64,000 bases of DNA. Origin: Hormiphora californensis. Its lineage: Eukaryota; Animalia; Ctenophora. Positions 41,146 through 55,241 of the stretch are shown here, piece after piece. Below the pieces are notes generated by a model that was not told where the DNA came from, did not search any database, and saw only the letters and a list, made by a program, of their open reading frames with translations. The position numbers and the translations under genes are program-made. The first letter of the stretch is position 1, and each line of letters begins with the position of its first letter. The stretch covers positions 5,580,001 to 5,644,000 of the forward strand of contig CM035355.1 in assembly GCA_020137815.1 (NCBI GenBank). The letters are read 5' to 3'.

Positions 41146-44100
41146 TAGATAAAATAGTACAAGGATGTCATAGACACATGTTTTGGCATGACACTGGAAC
41201 AAGGGTACAGGGCGGCCGTACAGGGGTTCCGAGACTCCCTCACGGCACTCCGACAGTACCATGGCACGTCGACGACAACGAAGTTCCATGTAATTCAGGA
41301 ACATCTTACAGAGTTCATTGACTTCAACAGTAATAGGCCATTAGGACTGTTCTCCGAACAGGAGTTAGAAAACTCGCACTCCAGCTGGTTCAAGCTCTGG
41401 GCAAACTATAGAGTTAATGATTTAAGTTCGTCCCTATTCAAAGTCAATTGTTAAAAGCGGGACTGGCTTACAATGCCATGCATATATAGCATTGGACATT
41501 ATTCTTTTAAATTTTCTTGAGTTTCTTGATATTTGATGTGGTAGTTTATATGTCAGGCAGTAGCTTTTTGTATTTGTATTTGTGTTTGTGTAATAGAATA
41601 TTTATTTTCCCGAGGCTATAGATAGTTTAGAAGTTGGATAGGTCGGAATATGTAACTTACCCTTTCCCAAACGTTAAATAACTGCAAAACACAAGTAACA
41701 TCTCTTCCTGCATTAGACAGCTATGCGGAATTGTCTGACGCATTTATGGGATTAAAAGTACAGTACCTTTTAGTTTGAACGGTGGCTCTTGATAGAATAG
41801 TTACCCAGAGTATAGGTCATAATATTAAAGTTGGGTTAGTCGAATACTTTAATTACCTTTCCAACTTATACGCAATCACAGTAATTCTTCCTCATTTCTA
41901 CACTACTGCGGGATTACGAGCAAAATGTATGCACCCAAAGCCGATTGAATCATTTGTGTTCATAGTGTAGCGCAAGGTCCAAATAATGCAAATGTTATAC
42001 ATTTAATCCTTAATTGCGAACTAATTTGGCTATTTCACTATCTATAGGATTACCAGATATTATCCGAACGACTATTTTTTCTAGACACAAATCCAAAACA
42101 TATAGTTTGGGCTTAATCTCCCTACAATTTGACCTTTTTACACAAACACCTAAAAACCTCGCGATTTTCACCATTTTTCCAACATTTTAGAGATTTGACT
42201 TCAACGGCATTCGATTCTACGTCAAAAAATAGGTGGGGGTACACTATATCTTGCTGATCAAGGAATCATTTTTGAAAAGGTCGTATTGTTCAAGTGAAAA
42301 AAACGATAGCTATCGTTCTATCAATTTTCCGGCGAAGGCCCCCGCCAGATATTTTTCTAACCGGTGCTCCACGGTTCCCAGAGGTCCCCTCTAGGTCACA
42401 CAACCGGTGGTTTGGCTAGGGGCTCTGGTCGAGGTTGACCGTCCTTCAGGAGCACCGTGGGGGAGAATAGATATTATTTATTTGTTACAAGAGTTATGGA
42501 GAGATATTAGAAGATAAGAATTTAGATCAATGTTTTAGATGAGTAGGAATAGCAAGAAGCCGCGTACTGGGGATGGTGGGACGTGCCGAGAGGAGAAGCT
42601 GCCACGTCAGCCTAGGCTGGCGTGGATCGCGTGATCTGAGAAAGAGGTGACCAGGGAGCGAGAGATGAGAGAGTTCTGTTTTTAGGGGAATAGAATGGGT
42701 TGCTCGGGAGATGGTGGGAAAGAGTTGTTTGAGGGAGATGAGTTATTGCCAATTTGTTGTACTTTCTGATCTATATACTATGTATGATTGTTATAGTTAG
42801 GGGCACATTAGTTACAACCTTTCAAGCGACCCATTTCAATTATTACAACTCTACTTGGTGTTCCCTAGTATTCTCGAGAGGTTCTTTATATCATATCTTC
42901 TTGCCATAGTGGCAATGCTCACTCAAGGGGAACATCAGGTAACGGATAGGGGGAACTCCTAATGCCTAGTTTAGGATACAAAGTGCCTCCAGTCTCACTT
43001 CTAGCCACATTGGCAACTCTCTACAAGTGGGGACACTTAGTATCGGCAATAGGAGCATCACGTATGGTTGGATCTCGGCCAGTCACAAATCCTAAGGATA
43101 CTGATCGGTGCAAGGATATGGGTCTTGGACGCTGCTAGACCAGCAAGGTTTTTTGGGCCGGAAACCCCAGCCCGTAGGTTGTCGAGCACGCTCAAGGGGA
43201 GGTCTAGTTACCCTTGTAGCGCCTAGAATTTACCGTCCGTGCTGACGGCTCGGCTCACCCTACACACTACGTGCAGAAGGTTATAGTACATGAATGTACT
43301 ATGTATAATTGAAGTTATAATCTGGAAAGTTTTGGTTTTTTGTCTCTATAATTATAATTCATGTTACCCCTCTCTCCTGTTATAGGCGACAGTATGGGAG
43401 TAGTTGTATCGAGGAGTAAATTCCACAAGGGGAGGATTCCTCCCCTTGTAGATACCCTGGAATTGGAGTTTGAAGCAGTTCCCTTTTTTACACTGTACCT
43501 GAACTCCGGAGATGAAATGCAAGTCAACACAGTTGATTTAGCTCGTGTTAGTGAGGTTTTCTACCATTTTGCAAAGGGAGTGGAAAATGAAAATGCTGGC
43601 TATGATCTTACAGAGTACCATGACCTGGCTGTTCGATCTCTGATTGAGGCAATCAACTTGGACGAACGGAGACCCCAAATTAAAATTACACAAGATTACT
43701 TTCGGGACATTCTGAAATTGTCTCTCCACTTGGACATTTGCGGGGCCCCTCAATGCTGCTACGATTGGTTCGAGCAACAGATCTTGGCTATTGAAAATGT
43801 TACAGCTGATACAGTAGGGCCTTGGTTGAAGGAGGCATCTTTTATATGGAAAAAGTTCTCTAATATGGAACCCCTCAACTTAATAACAAAACGGGTTTAC
43901 GAACTGGATGCCCGATCTACCTTTGTTGAGCTACTCTGTCAGCGGTACCGGAGTCTCTCCCACATTGAACTAAAAGTTCTGCTGGTGTGTTCTGAGTGTG
44001 ACGGTGACAACTGTATCCTGCTCACCCCTTTGATTGATAAAATCAGTCTGGAAATAGCAGAAGGAAGCTTTCGCCTGTCGGACAATCTCAAATTTCTACT

Positions 44101-46276
44101 AGAGTATTCTTGTCTCGACAGTCTTGCTACTTCTGACGTGAAACAATTTACCCTGTACTACACTACAATTCTGGATAGCCATCTGCTGTTAACTGGGGAT
44201 GATTTTCAGTGGTTATTGGATTTTAGGAAATCGTGTCTTGCAGCAACCGGGGATAAAGTTGAATTGTGTTATTTTGGGTATGAGAAAATTCCTGGTGAAA
44301 CAGATGAAGAAAAATTTGCGTATTTAGTTGACAACAGCACCAAGTTCTATAATTTTTATAACTTTTTGTGTGAGCTGCTGATACACCATGGCCATGATAT
44401 CAATATTTCCTCTGTTCGTGATCCCATACTGCGAATTGATGCAGTTAAGAGAGAACGAGGCTGGAAATCTGCACCTGATCATTTTTGGTTGTTTTCCAGT
44501 GGCATACGTGTTAAACCGGATGAGTGGTTTAGTGAGGACTGGCAGAGGCCTGCAATCGAATTTAATTTTACTTACTCAAAATTTAAACCGCGGGAACGCT
44601 TATTATTTACTTATGTGGAGCATGAGAATTGGCCGGCCTGTTACCAGGGAACACGCTGCGGATTTAAATGGAAGCGTCAGAAAGATGTAATTGATGTTAA
44701 TAGTTACTTATGGAGGAGTACACTTGAACCAGCTAAGGGTTATCATTTACATCCGAAACGATACAGAGGTGCTGTGGTGTCGAGGCCAGGGAAGATATTT
44801 ACCAAAACCCAGGAACCGACCGATTCTTCTTCTTCTTCTTTGAGGCCGTCTCCACCATGGTTGAGATTCACTATGGGGTCAATTCCGGTCAGCTCACGAA
44901 ATGCGGTGTTTTTTTACCCATAACGCGCAACAGAGCTTTAAATCTCGACCCTGTTGTGCGTTTTACGCATAAAATTGGCGCTGGAAAGCGATTTTTTGGT
45001 ATAAATTTATTTATTGCTGTATTAATACAGCAAAAAGTCAAAGTTCGCTTGCCCGCACCCTCTTAAATTTGGGTACAGACTATCCAGTACAACCCCCTGA
45101 TCATTCTGGTACCAAATATGTCCACGCTCCGAATAGCAAAAAAAATCTGTTTCATTTTAAAGTTTTCAAATGGCTCTCATCCTCTCATTTTGCAGATTAT
45201 AGATCCAAGTTTGGTCTCATTTTGTGTGCCAAACGATGGACCACATGTTAGACCCGTTTTCATGGCCATTAGACATCACACGCATTCATAGCGGCGTCTG
45301 TTTTGGGTGGCATTTCCTGCGCTAAAAACGGCATATTTTTGCGAGCCTAACCGGAAAAACGCGTGTTTTGACCCCATAGTGCGATTATCGGAATCGTAAT
45401 CGTTTAAAAATCGTTAATTTTTGCTGAATCGGTATCGGATCGTATTCGTTAAAATTTACAAAACGAATCCGATTTTTTTGATGACTGAGGGACATGTAAT
45501 TAGTGACCAATGTGTAACTAGCCAGTAGAGACGGTTTCTTTGAACAGAATCTATTGATTACCCGAACACACGATCCGTGCTAAAGAGCTGGTAGCACGGA
45601 TTGTATTTCAGACCACTAATAAACACGAGATCAAACTGCCCAGCCTATCAAATGATGGTATGTATATCAAACCAATACCAATACCAATGATGGATTATCA
45701 CGTGATGCAAAGGTCTGAATCGAGAGCTACTGCGTTCACCAAGAGGTGGCTGCTGAAGCCAGAGAGTATCGAGATGCTCTTGCACAACACTCGATAATGG
45801 TAGTCCATGTACCTGAAGTTGTACTTCAGGTACATGGACTACTATTATATCGAGTGTTGTGCAGAATATAAATGATATGTAATTATATGATACAGATTAC
45901 TACTGTACTTATGATGATTTATTCTAGTTAATTTTGAAACCTGAAAATTCGTTATCGTATCGTTATCGTATCGTTATCGGTTAAAAATTTGATAATCGGT
46001 CGTTATCGGAATCGTTTTGAAATTTGGAATCGGTCGGTTCCTGCCAAAACCACATCATTTCTGTATAATCTTTAAGATAGATCTTCTTGAGGATATAGTA
46101 CACAGGGGCAGCTCCGGATTGGTAATTGGTGTCCAATGTCCAGGTATTCATGGACAACCGAGAGCTAAGGAGACATTGATTTTTGTTTTGTACATTTTAT
46201 TACTGTAAAATATATATAATTTCTTGTATGAATGATGGTTTTTTAAGCACTGCTGATTTTATAATAACCTTTAATT

Positions 46277-46311
<35 letters not shown>

Positions 46312-47143
46312 CAACCCAACTGTATCAGACATCCATGGTGGTTAGTTAGGAATTTCCTCTAACTGTCAAAATTTTGGAAGTTTGTGTGAAAATTTGGGAA
46401 TTTTGGGTCCTGAAGGCACCGTGGTGCCCAATTTTTGCGTGCTATGATTTTGGTTAGGCATCATACCTACAATTTTGGGTTTCGCACGAACTATTTTTGG
46501 GGGTGGGTTCAAAGATTTGGGTAAGGAGACAGTTAGAGGAGGACCTCTAACTGTCAGAAATTTGAAATTTTCTGGAAAAATAGGTGTTTGTCTCAACTTT
46601 TGGGTGTCTGTGGCAGATATATGTTCCGCAAAACGTCAAAAATGTGGGATTTTTCGGATAATAGTGGGGTGGGTCCCAAAAATTGGGTTGTGAGACAGTT
46701 AGAGGAGGACCCTAACTGTCATAATCAAGGGGGTGGGGTGGTGTTTTTCACCTGGGACAGTTAGGGGCATGGATGTCTGATACAGTTATGACTTAAAGTG
46801 AGAATGAACAGCAGGGATTTTCACAAAAAGTTATCTGGATACTCCTTGATGGCTAACTAAAACTTTAGTGAAAACCGCATGTCTCTAGCATGTTTTTGAA
46901 AATCGAGCTAAAACATGCGAGACGCACCATTATGGGCCTATAATAATGGGCGTAAATTCATATTGTACATGCAGTTACGCCCATTATGGGCCCATTATGG
47001 TGCGTCTCGCATGTGTTAGCTCAATTTTCAAAAACATGCTAGAGACATGCGGTTTTCACTAAAGTTTTATTTCGCCATCAAGGAGTATACAGACAACTTT
47101 TTGTGAAAATCCCTGCTGTTCTCTCTCACTTTAAGGTGATCCT

Positions 47144-47175
<32 letters not shown>

Positions 47176-47837
47176 TCAGATTATCCTTCAGTGACAGCAG
47201 CAGTTTCGCTGCTCTGTTCCTGTCGGATATGGGCGGAATATAAACTTAGTTAATATTACTATTATCATTAATTAAGTAAATGATGGTCCGAAGAGTTGAA
47301 ATTTATCTTATTTGAAAGATAAAATAATGAACTTTAATCCTATATCATTTTTTTCATTTTATCTTTTTTTAAACGGGGGTGAGTTAACCATTTTGCCCCG
47401 GTTTACCCTAGTGGATGAGTGATTGGTAAACTGGTACATCTCAATACAGGCACATATGTTTTTTATTTGTATACATAGCGCAGGTAGACCTGTCTTGACC
47501 GGGGAGGGACTCTGTACTGAACGGAGAGGGACCTCTTGGATCGGGGCACCCCTAACATACTGCTGCTCCTGCTGTATGACGACACTTTGCTAGACATAGA
47601 AATAATGCAAAGAGCTTGACAATGGTATTGAAACTATAGGTAGCAAATGATCGAGAAAAAAATAAGATTTTTGCTGGCTCAATAACTTGGTTTTGAGTAC
47701 CAAATAACTGAAATGACAGACTAACAGATATACGATCATTAGCAAATAGACACTGAGAGGAGAGAGAAGGATCGGTGGTGTGTGTGGAACACGGATCTCA
47801 TGAAGTTAAACAGGGACCCTCTCTATCTTTCTATCTT

Positions 47838-47927
<90 letters not shown>

Positions 47928-50900
47928 AGGATCAACTAGTTATGACGACACACAGGAATGTGACACAGGAATCTCTCATCATTTTATCATCAGCTCCTGC
48001 CAGGTTCTACGCGATGGTTGGAGTCGAGAAGAAGAAGAAGATGGTTGGAGTCGAGAAGAAGAAGAAGATGGTTGGAGTCGAGAAGAAGAAGAAGAAGATG
48101 GTTGGAGTCGAGTTGGAGTTGCCCAAGATTTATTTATAAAACTCTCGAAACAGGTTACCGGTAAAATAAACAACTTCCTCACAAGTCACATAGTAAACTA
48201 CACTTACCAGGTCCGTAGAATTATTGGCAATGGTAAATTACAAATTATATTGAGAACATGAGAATTATGTATGCAAATGTTATGTGGCTGGAGTATGAGA
48301 GAAGCCAGACGAAGCCCACACTCTCTCGCGTGCAGTAGTAACTAGGAACATGTGAACATTAGATCAATGCAAGGGAATCCGGGGAGGGAAGGGGGCTCTG
48401 GCTATTACCCTGGTTCTGTTGGTGGTGGTGAATCGCTTGAAAACATTGAAACTGGAACTTCTCCGACCGTTCGGCATATTTCATCAAAATATTAGGCACA
48501 GAATGAAAGAGGAGAGATATGCGAGAAATATACATAGAGAAGTCTGATAAGTGCACTTGGAAATCATCACTAGGATTAGAACTAGAAGGCGTGACACGCA
48601 CAAACAAACTTACGTCATTCAGATCTCGCTTCATTTTGTCAGTTCGTCTGTGGGCGGTTTTCTCGGCTTCTAAATCCTCACTGAGGTCGCTGGCTCTGTT
48701 CTCTAACTCTCGTAACTTCTTCTCCAGGTTAGATCGTGTGACTGCGTCATCATCCATTCTGAAGGGGTTGTGAGTTGTGCCGTGGGGGGAGGAGGTTATG
48801 AGTTGTGTTGTGGGTCCAGAGATAATGACTGGAACTTGAACTGACAACAAAAGTCAAAATGTAAGACAGATCCTAGTGAGTTTATAATCACATACTTTAC
48901 AGTGAGCCTCGCCACATCTTCCATGGCCTTATCGAGGGAACTCTTCAATTCCTCCACTCTATTTTCTTTCTCCAGCACACTATCTTGTAGGGTGTGATTC
49001 ACATTCTCCAACTTCCTCTTCTGCCTATCTAGATCCTCCCGTGTCTGAAAATTAAAATATCAGTTTTTTGATCGGTAATTACTGTAAATGAAAATAGTCA
49101 AGCAATGTTTTTACGAACCGTTTTCATTTTGGAACTCTAGAACAAGAGAGCTATTAATATAACAAAACCAAGTTTTTCCAGCGACAACCGAAGAAAGCCC
49201 AAACTAACTATTAGACTAATAGTTAGTTTGGGCTTTCTTCGGTTGTCGCTGGAAAAACTTGGTTTTGTTATATTAATATCTCTCTTGTTCTAGAGTTCCA
49301 AAATGAAAACGGTTCCTGAAATAAATCTCCGAGTCGTCTACAGTCCTAAATAAACACTATTTCATTGTATCAAAACTATGCGACTCAAAAACAGCCGATT
49401 GGTCAACTTATTGATTCAACTAATAGTATTAGTTGAATCAATAAGTTGACCAATCGGCTGTTTTTGAGTCGCATAGTTTTGATACAATGAAATAAACACT
49501 ATTTCATTGTATCAAAACTATGCGACTCAAAAACAGCCGATTGGTCAACTTATTGATTCAACTAATAGTATTAGTTGAATCAATAAGTTGACCAATCGGC
49601 TGTTTTTGAGTCGCATAGTTTTGATACAATGAAATAGTGTTTATTTAGGACTGTAGACGACTCGGAGATTTATTTCAGGAAAGATAATACGGGACGGTTT
49701 CGACGTTTAACGTCATCATCAGCTCAAATTAATTTGTTTAAAGTAGTGTTGAAAAGTTTCAAACTTTTCAACACTACTTTAAACAAATTAATTTGAGCTG
49801 ATGATGACGTTAAACGTCGAAACCGTCCCGTATTATCTTTCCTGAAATAAATCTCCGAGTCGTCTACAGTCCTAAATAAACACTATTTCATTGTATCTAA
49901 CTATATACTCTATAGTTTCCTACCTTTTCTTCCTTGGCTAGTTTCTCCTCCAGCTCCGCCATTGCAGTTTCCAGTTTAACTCTCTGTTTAGCAAGGGCTT
50001 TACCCTTGTCCTCTTCCTCTTCGAGGGCTGACTGGGTGTCCTTCAATCGGGTCTCAAGGTGAGCCCTGTCCCTGGCGATCTGTAGAGGGGTGTGTCAAAG
50101 AGGGACTACGTATTGGGTGTGAATGATGACAAGTATCATTTTATAGACAATTTTTAGGAAGATTGGATAAAATATTGACAAACGGAACCCACCTTTCCAA
50201 TGCTATCATCCTTGTTGGCTACAGTTTCCTCCAGCTGTTTGAGCTTGTTTTCAAGCTGCTGCTTCTCTATGGATAACTTCTGTCGGGCATTACCCTCGTC
50301 AGCGAGCCTGCAGAGAGAGGGGGAATTTAGGAGGGAGCTGGAAAGTGGAGGATAATAGATATTAGGGGAGCCTGACATGAAGGATGAGGGAGGAATTGTT
50401 TGGGGAGAGTGGAGAGTGGAGAGGAGGAAGGATGACGTTAGGGGGAGGTCCTAGTACTACGAGACCCTTTCTGCCGACACGCGGAGAACGGTGATAGGGG
50501 CCGGGGTCGACTAAGGTAAGCAATTATAATTTGTGTAGATCAAAACTAGAAATAATATTATTCACGGTGCCACGACTCCACAAAACAACGCAGACGTCAA
50601 CAACAGATCTAAGACAATACAATTGAATCTAATTCTGTGAGTATTCAGTTCTGAATAAATTTGAGACTTGAGTAAAGGAGTACTCACTACTCAGGTGACA
50701 ACCTACCGTTGGGTAAGGCTCTTTTGGGAAAGTAGATTCTTTTTCATTTACAAGTACCATTCGCAGCTCAATTTATACACAAAAACTCCGCAGAACCTGT
50801 TATACACACTACAGCTGCAGCACACTCTGTCTCTCTCTCGACGTAATTAGTAGAATTTCAAAACTAATTCGCCAATTCTGACACTCTACCAGATACACGC

Positions 50901-51172
50901 ATAACAAACAAATTATGTGTTTGGGTTGTCTTCTAATTGTATACAACAACCCCGGGGAGGGCAGAGAGTTCGGAGGGATAGAGTTCTAAAAAGTAGTTTG
51001 TTTCACTTGGGTGCTCTCTCTCTCCAGTACTCTTTAGTCAGTGCTGTACCGCATCTTAATTCCTATCAGGTTTCTATGATATTATAAGGGAGACAGTGTG
51101 GTGCAAGAGTGCGTACAATTAACCGCCATTTTAATTTACACGATATGGAGCTGGAGAGAGATAGGGTGATAG

Positions 51173-51267
<95 letters not shown>

Positions 51268-54200
51268 CACATCAACGTTTCCGGTTATGTGGAATGGATT
51301 TCTTCACCTTTTACCACGGCAAAAACCACAACATATTCAGCACTTATTCACTCTACCGAACCCTCACAGACAGTCACTCTATCGTTATGACGTCATTTTA
51401 TGAAACAAAATGCGGTGTGAGCTACTACACAATTATTCATACGACCATCAAACCGCCAAGACTTTAACGAGTCGTTTATGATAACGACAAGTCTGCTTGC
51501 GTGCTCTGTTCTCTCCCTCTCTCCTAGTTAACCTAACGATCTCACAGCAAACTATAACTGACCGGTTGTGAGCAGATTCATCAAGAGAAATAGTAGGAGG
51601 GATCTGACGAACGGTACAAGAACGAACAACAAACTTAGTCAATTTACCCATCTCTCATATCACACACAGAAATAGATGCGATGGAGATAAGGAGATCAGC
51701 TACAGGGAACTAGATTAAAATAGGAACTAAATCTTCAACCGTTTTTGTTGCCTTGGTAACCCTGTTACCATGGTAACTTACTCGTCGTAACTCTTTGACA
51801 GAAGAGACAGGTAGGATCTAATGTCATTGGCAAGACTGGTCAATGTCTCTTCCACCATGATAGTCACACAAAACACAGCGGGGACTATATAATAATCCTT
51901 GAACCGTCACACAAAACACCGTTCGTTTCGTGCAGACAGGCAAATTTCAAGCATACATAGGAGGACAGGAATAAACTAAGGTATCAAAAGTATAGTAAGT
52001 GAGTTGTTATTGATACTTCTCTCTCACTCTCTTCCCGTCTAAATAAGCGTGCAGATTGTGATATTGGGATGAAGTCACTAAAATTGCTATATAAACGAAC
52101 TAAATTACATACGTTGTTTCAAGATCTGCAATGGTAGCTTCTATCTTCTTCTTTTCGCTCAGGACTTTCTGTGTCTTCTCCTCCTCCGTGTCTATCCGTT
52201 CCTCCAAATCGTGGATATACTCTTCCAATTCTATCTTCTTGTTCACCAGCCGTGATCGTTGCTAGGGAGAGGTGGTTCGTTGCTAGTTGGGATTCTTGGT
52301 TACTAAGGCAACTCCCTCGGTTACTAAGGCAACAATTCCCTCGGTTGCTAAGGCAAAAATTCTCTCGGTTGCTAAGGCAACGACTCCCTCGGTTGTTAAA
52401 GCAACAACTCCCTCGGTTACTAAGGCAACAACTCCCAATTCCTTACCTCATCAGCTTCAGCTGCCATTTCCTTCTCCCTAAAGATCTGATCCTGGAGGTT
52501 AGCCCTCTCCTCAATTGTCTTCTTCAGCTGTGCCTCGTTTTCCAATAGAGCCTCCCTGTCCCTGACGTGGGCATCTTGAACCTTCCTCAACTCTTCCTCT
52601 CGTTCGTGGATCTCTTTGTCTCTTGATGTTACCTTAGGGGGAGGGGGTGTATTTAGGTGGGGTGTATGTGGGGGGATTAATTAGAGATGCAGGGGTAACA
52701 TTATCGTTAACATGGCAACACTTTATACTATAACGACAGTTGCCATGACAACAGTTACTATGGCAAAACACCATATAACTGCAGTTGTACCTGGAGTAAC
52801 GGTTTAACTTTGGTGAAGAGTCGCCACCATTGCCAGTTACGCAGTTTCAGATAGCACTTTCCGTTCCGCTGCAGCACTTGAATGGCCTTCTGCTGCTGGA
52901 TTAACTTCTTAAACTTTTCCATGGCTATCTTACCACGCATCATCGCCTGAGGGAGTGGGATAGAGAGAGAGTGGGATAGAGAGAGAGAGAGAGAGAGAGA
53001 TAGAGAGAGGCCTTTTAGAAAAATTAGCATCAGCAGTGAGATCTGCTGCATGGGAGTCAGATGACGCTAAGAGGTGAGGACAGTGCCGACTTGACGACAG
53101 ATTAGAATACATAACGAGATTTGTACCTGTAGACCAATGATCAGAACCCGCAGTTTCTCATCCCGCTCAGACTCCAAATTAGCCAGAACTCCCGCTCGGA
53201 AGAAGATTTTGGATTTTCCTATCCTGTACAGCCTCTGATCCAGGTCCAGCTGGGAGAGCATGGCAGTAGCAGCCTTTCTCCCGTCCATGAAACCAGTGGG
53301 AATGGCATTGGGAGTAAGAATTTCATACCTGAAATAGGGCTCGTCAGATTGCAGAACACAACTGGAAGGATGACTCGGAGCGCGCGCGTGAGGGTATATA
53401 CCCCCTCTGAGCAATAACCATTTCTACTTTAAACTGTTGCGGCGCGCGTGTGAGTAGACCCCCTTTGGTGGGAGTGAGCGCGGGCCGCCAACTTCCCTCC
53501 ATCCTTCAGATTTGCACGTGGTATTATTTTAGTATTTACTAACCGCTGTCGGAATTCCTGGAACAAGATTCTATTGGGGTAACCCTGCCTGCAGATTCTG
53601 ATACCCTCCAGAACACCATTACATCGCAGCTGCTCCAGGATCAGGGGGGCCACCATTTTGCCTGAAGGATGTTTGCGATCATATTGTGTGATTATATTTT
53701 ACCGGGAGGGGGGTGAGAGAGGGTCGAGTAGGGCCATGTTTTGATAGAAAGGGCCTTTCAGTGTCATGTGGGGATGTAAGGGCTTATTTTAGTATCGACA
53801 CACACGGGGGAAAGATAAAGGTCTAGAGTAATGTGACACACGCTGCCTTTCTAAAATTTTAGGGGAGGCGGAGGAAAAGTTACAACCCTGTGACAGACCG
53901 TGGATGATAAGACAGGGAAATCTGACAGACAGACAAATCTTCTCTTACCTTGCCTCTTTTCGTGGTTAGGAATGATACATCTCACAAAGTGAGGTTTAGT
54001 ATCGTGCAGAATGGACATTAACTTTTCAAGTTGTTGCTGAAAAAGGAAGATGTTAGAAAGTTGTGTTAAATAAAGTTGTGTTAAATAAAGTTGTGTTAGA
54101 AAGTTGTGTTAGAAACATGTTAATTGGTTCAAATATTTTGCCGCTTTTATTTGGATTGGAGGACCAATACAGATGGGTGACGTAAACAGAGGGGACTCCG

Positions 54201-55189
54201 TGTGAGAGATTGATAATTCCCGCTCTTACACAAACAATAACAAAACCACACACTCTGTATAGAGATTGGTGGGACACTCTGTACAGGGGGACCTTTATTT
54301 AACTCACTCTTCATACACATTACACATACATGTCACATTTCCTTTAATATATATCGCTACATGATATGAAGACATCATAATATCTCTCGCTCCCCCTCTC
54401 TCACACTCTCCATCTCTCTGTATCTCTCCCTTCCCTCCTCTATGTCTCTCTATCTCCCTCCCTCCCTCCCTCCCTCCGATCCGTTACATCATGATTAAAA
54501 CCAACAATAGAAGGTGACGATATATATCACTTTTAAACATCACAGAATCTATAGGTTACATATAATTATTATTCTAGCACAGAGAGAGCATAGTTATGTT
54601 GAGAGGAACATTAAAACACATGTGTCACATTTCACTAAGTGGTCCTAATTTAAATCCCATTAAGTATACTCCGCATGGATATAATTACTGTTTCTCTCGT
54701 TGTCAACCGCTCAATTAAAAAAAACTCAGCGGTGAATGACCTTGATGTATCCTTTAATTATACTCAAAGTGTTAGACCCTCACTTCTACCTGTCCTTTAA
54801 TTACACTCAAAGTGTTAGACCCTCTACCTCCCCCTCCATTTGGTCTAGCACGGCCACACCTACCACTGCACCTCCAGGGGGGGGGGGGGGGGTGGGAGTT
54901 ACTTCCTGAAATCTAGCTTACACCGGGGCAACACGTTCACATTCTCAACAATATACTGGAGTTGAGTCTCTAAACAAGCCGATGCCCGATATATTTGTGT
55001 ATGCTCTCTCTATCTCTCTCTCACACGGGAGGGGGTGACACGTCGACTCCTGCTGTTATATTTGTTCCCTCTATTGTGTATCGTTCAATGGAAGCTGCAT
55101 ATGCCTACTATAACTGCATATATTACCAATTTCCTTTGGCTTCAATCTAATAAAAAGGGGTCTACACACACCCCCTCTCTCTCTCTCTC

Positions 55190-55241
<52 letters not shown>

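Larger units (their letters stand above)
39949..43264. mobile_element. Solo LTR (~950 bp, Gypsy-like 4-bp TSD) interrupted by a Chapaev-like insertion
   Basis: Ends TGTAGGG...CCCTACA; CACT on both sides (39945-39948, 43265-43268). Confidence 0.72.

Noticed and set aside
47782-48261. 159-aa ORF with DGWSREEEE repeats
   Set aside because: Made of a microsatellite plus a short 27-30-bp tandem repeat, with no supporting gene structure.
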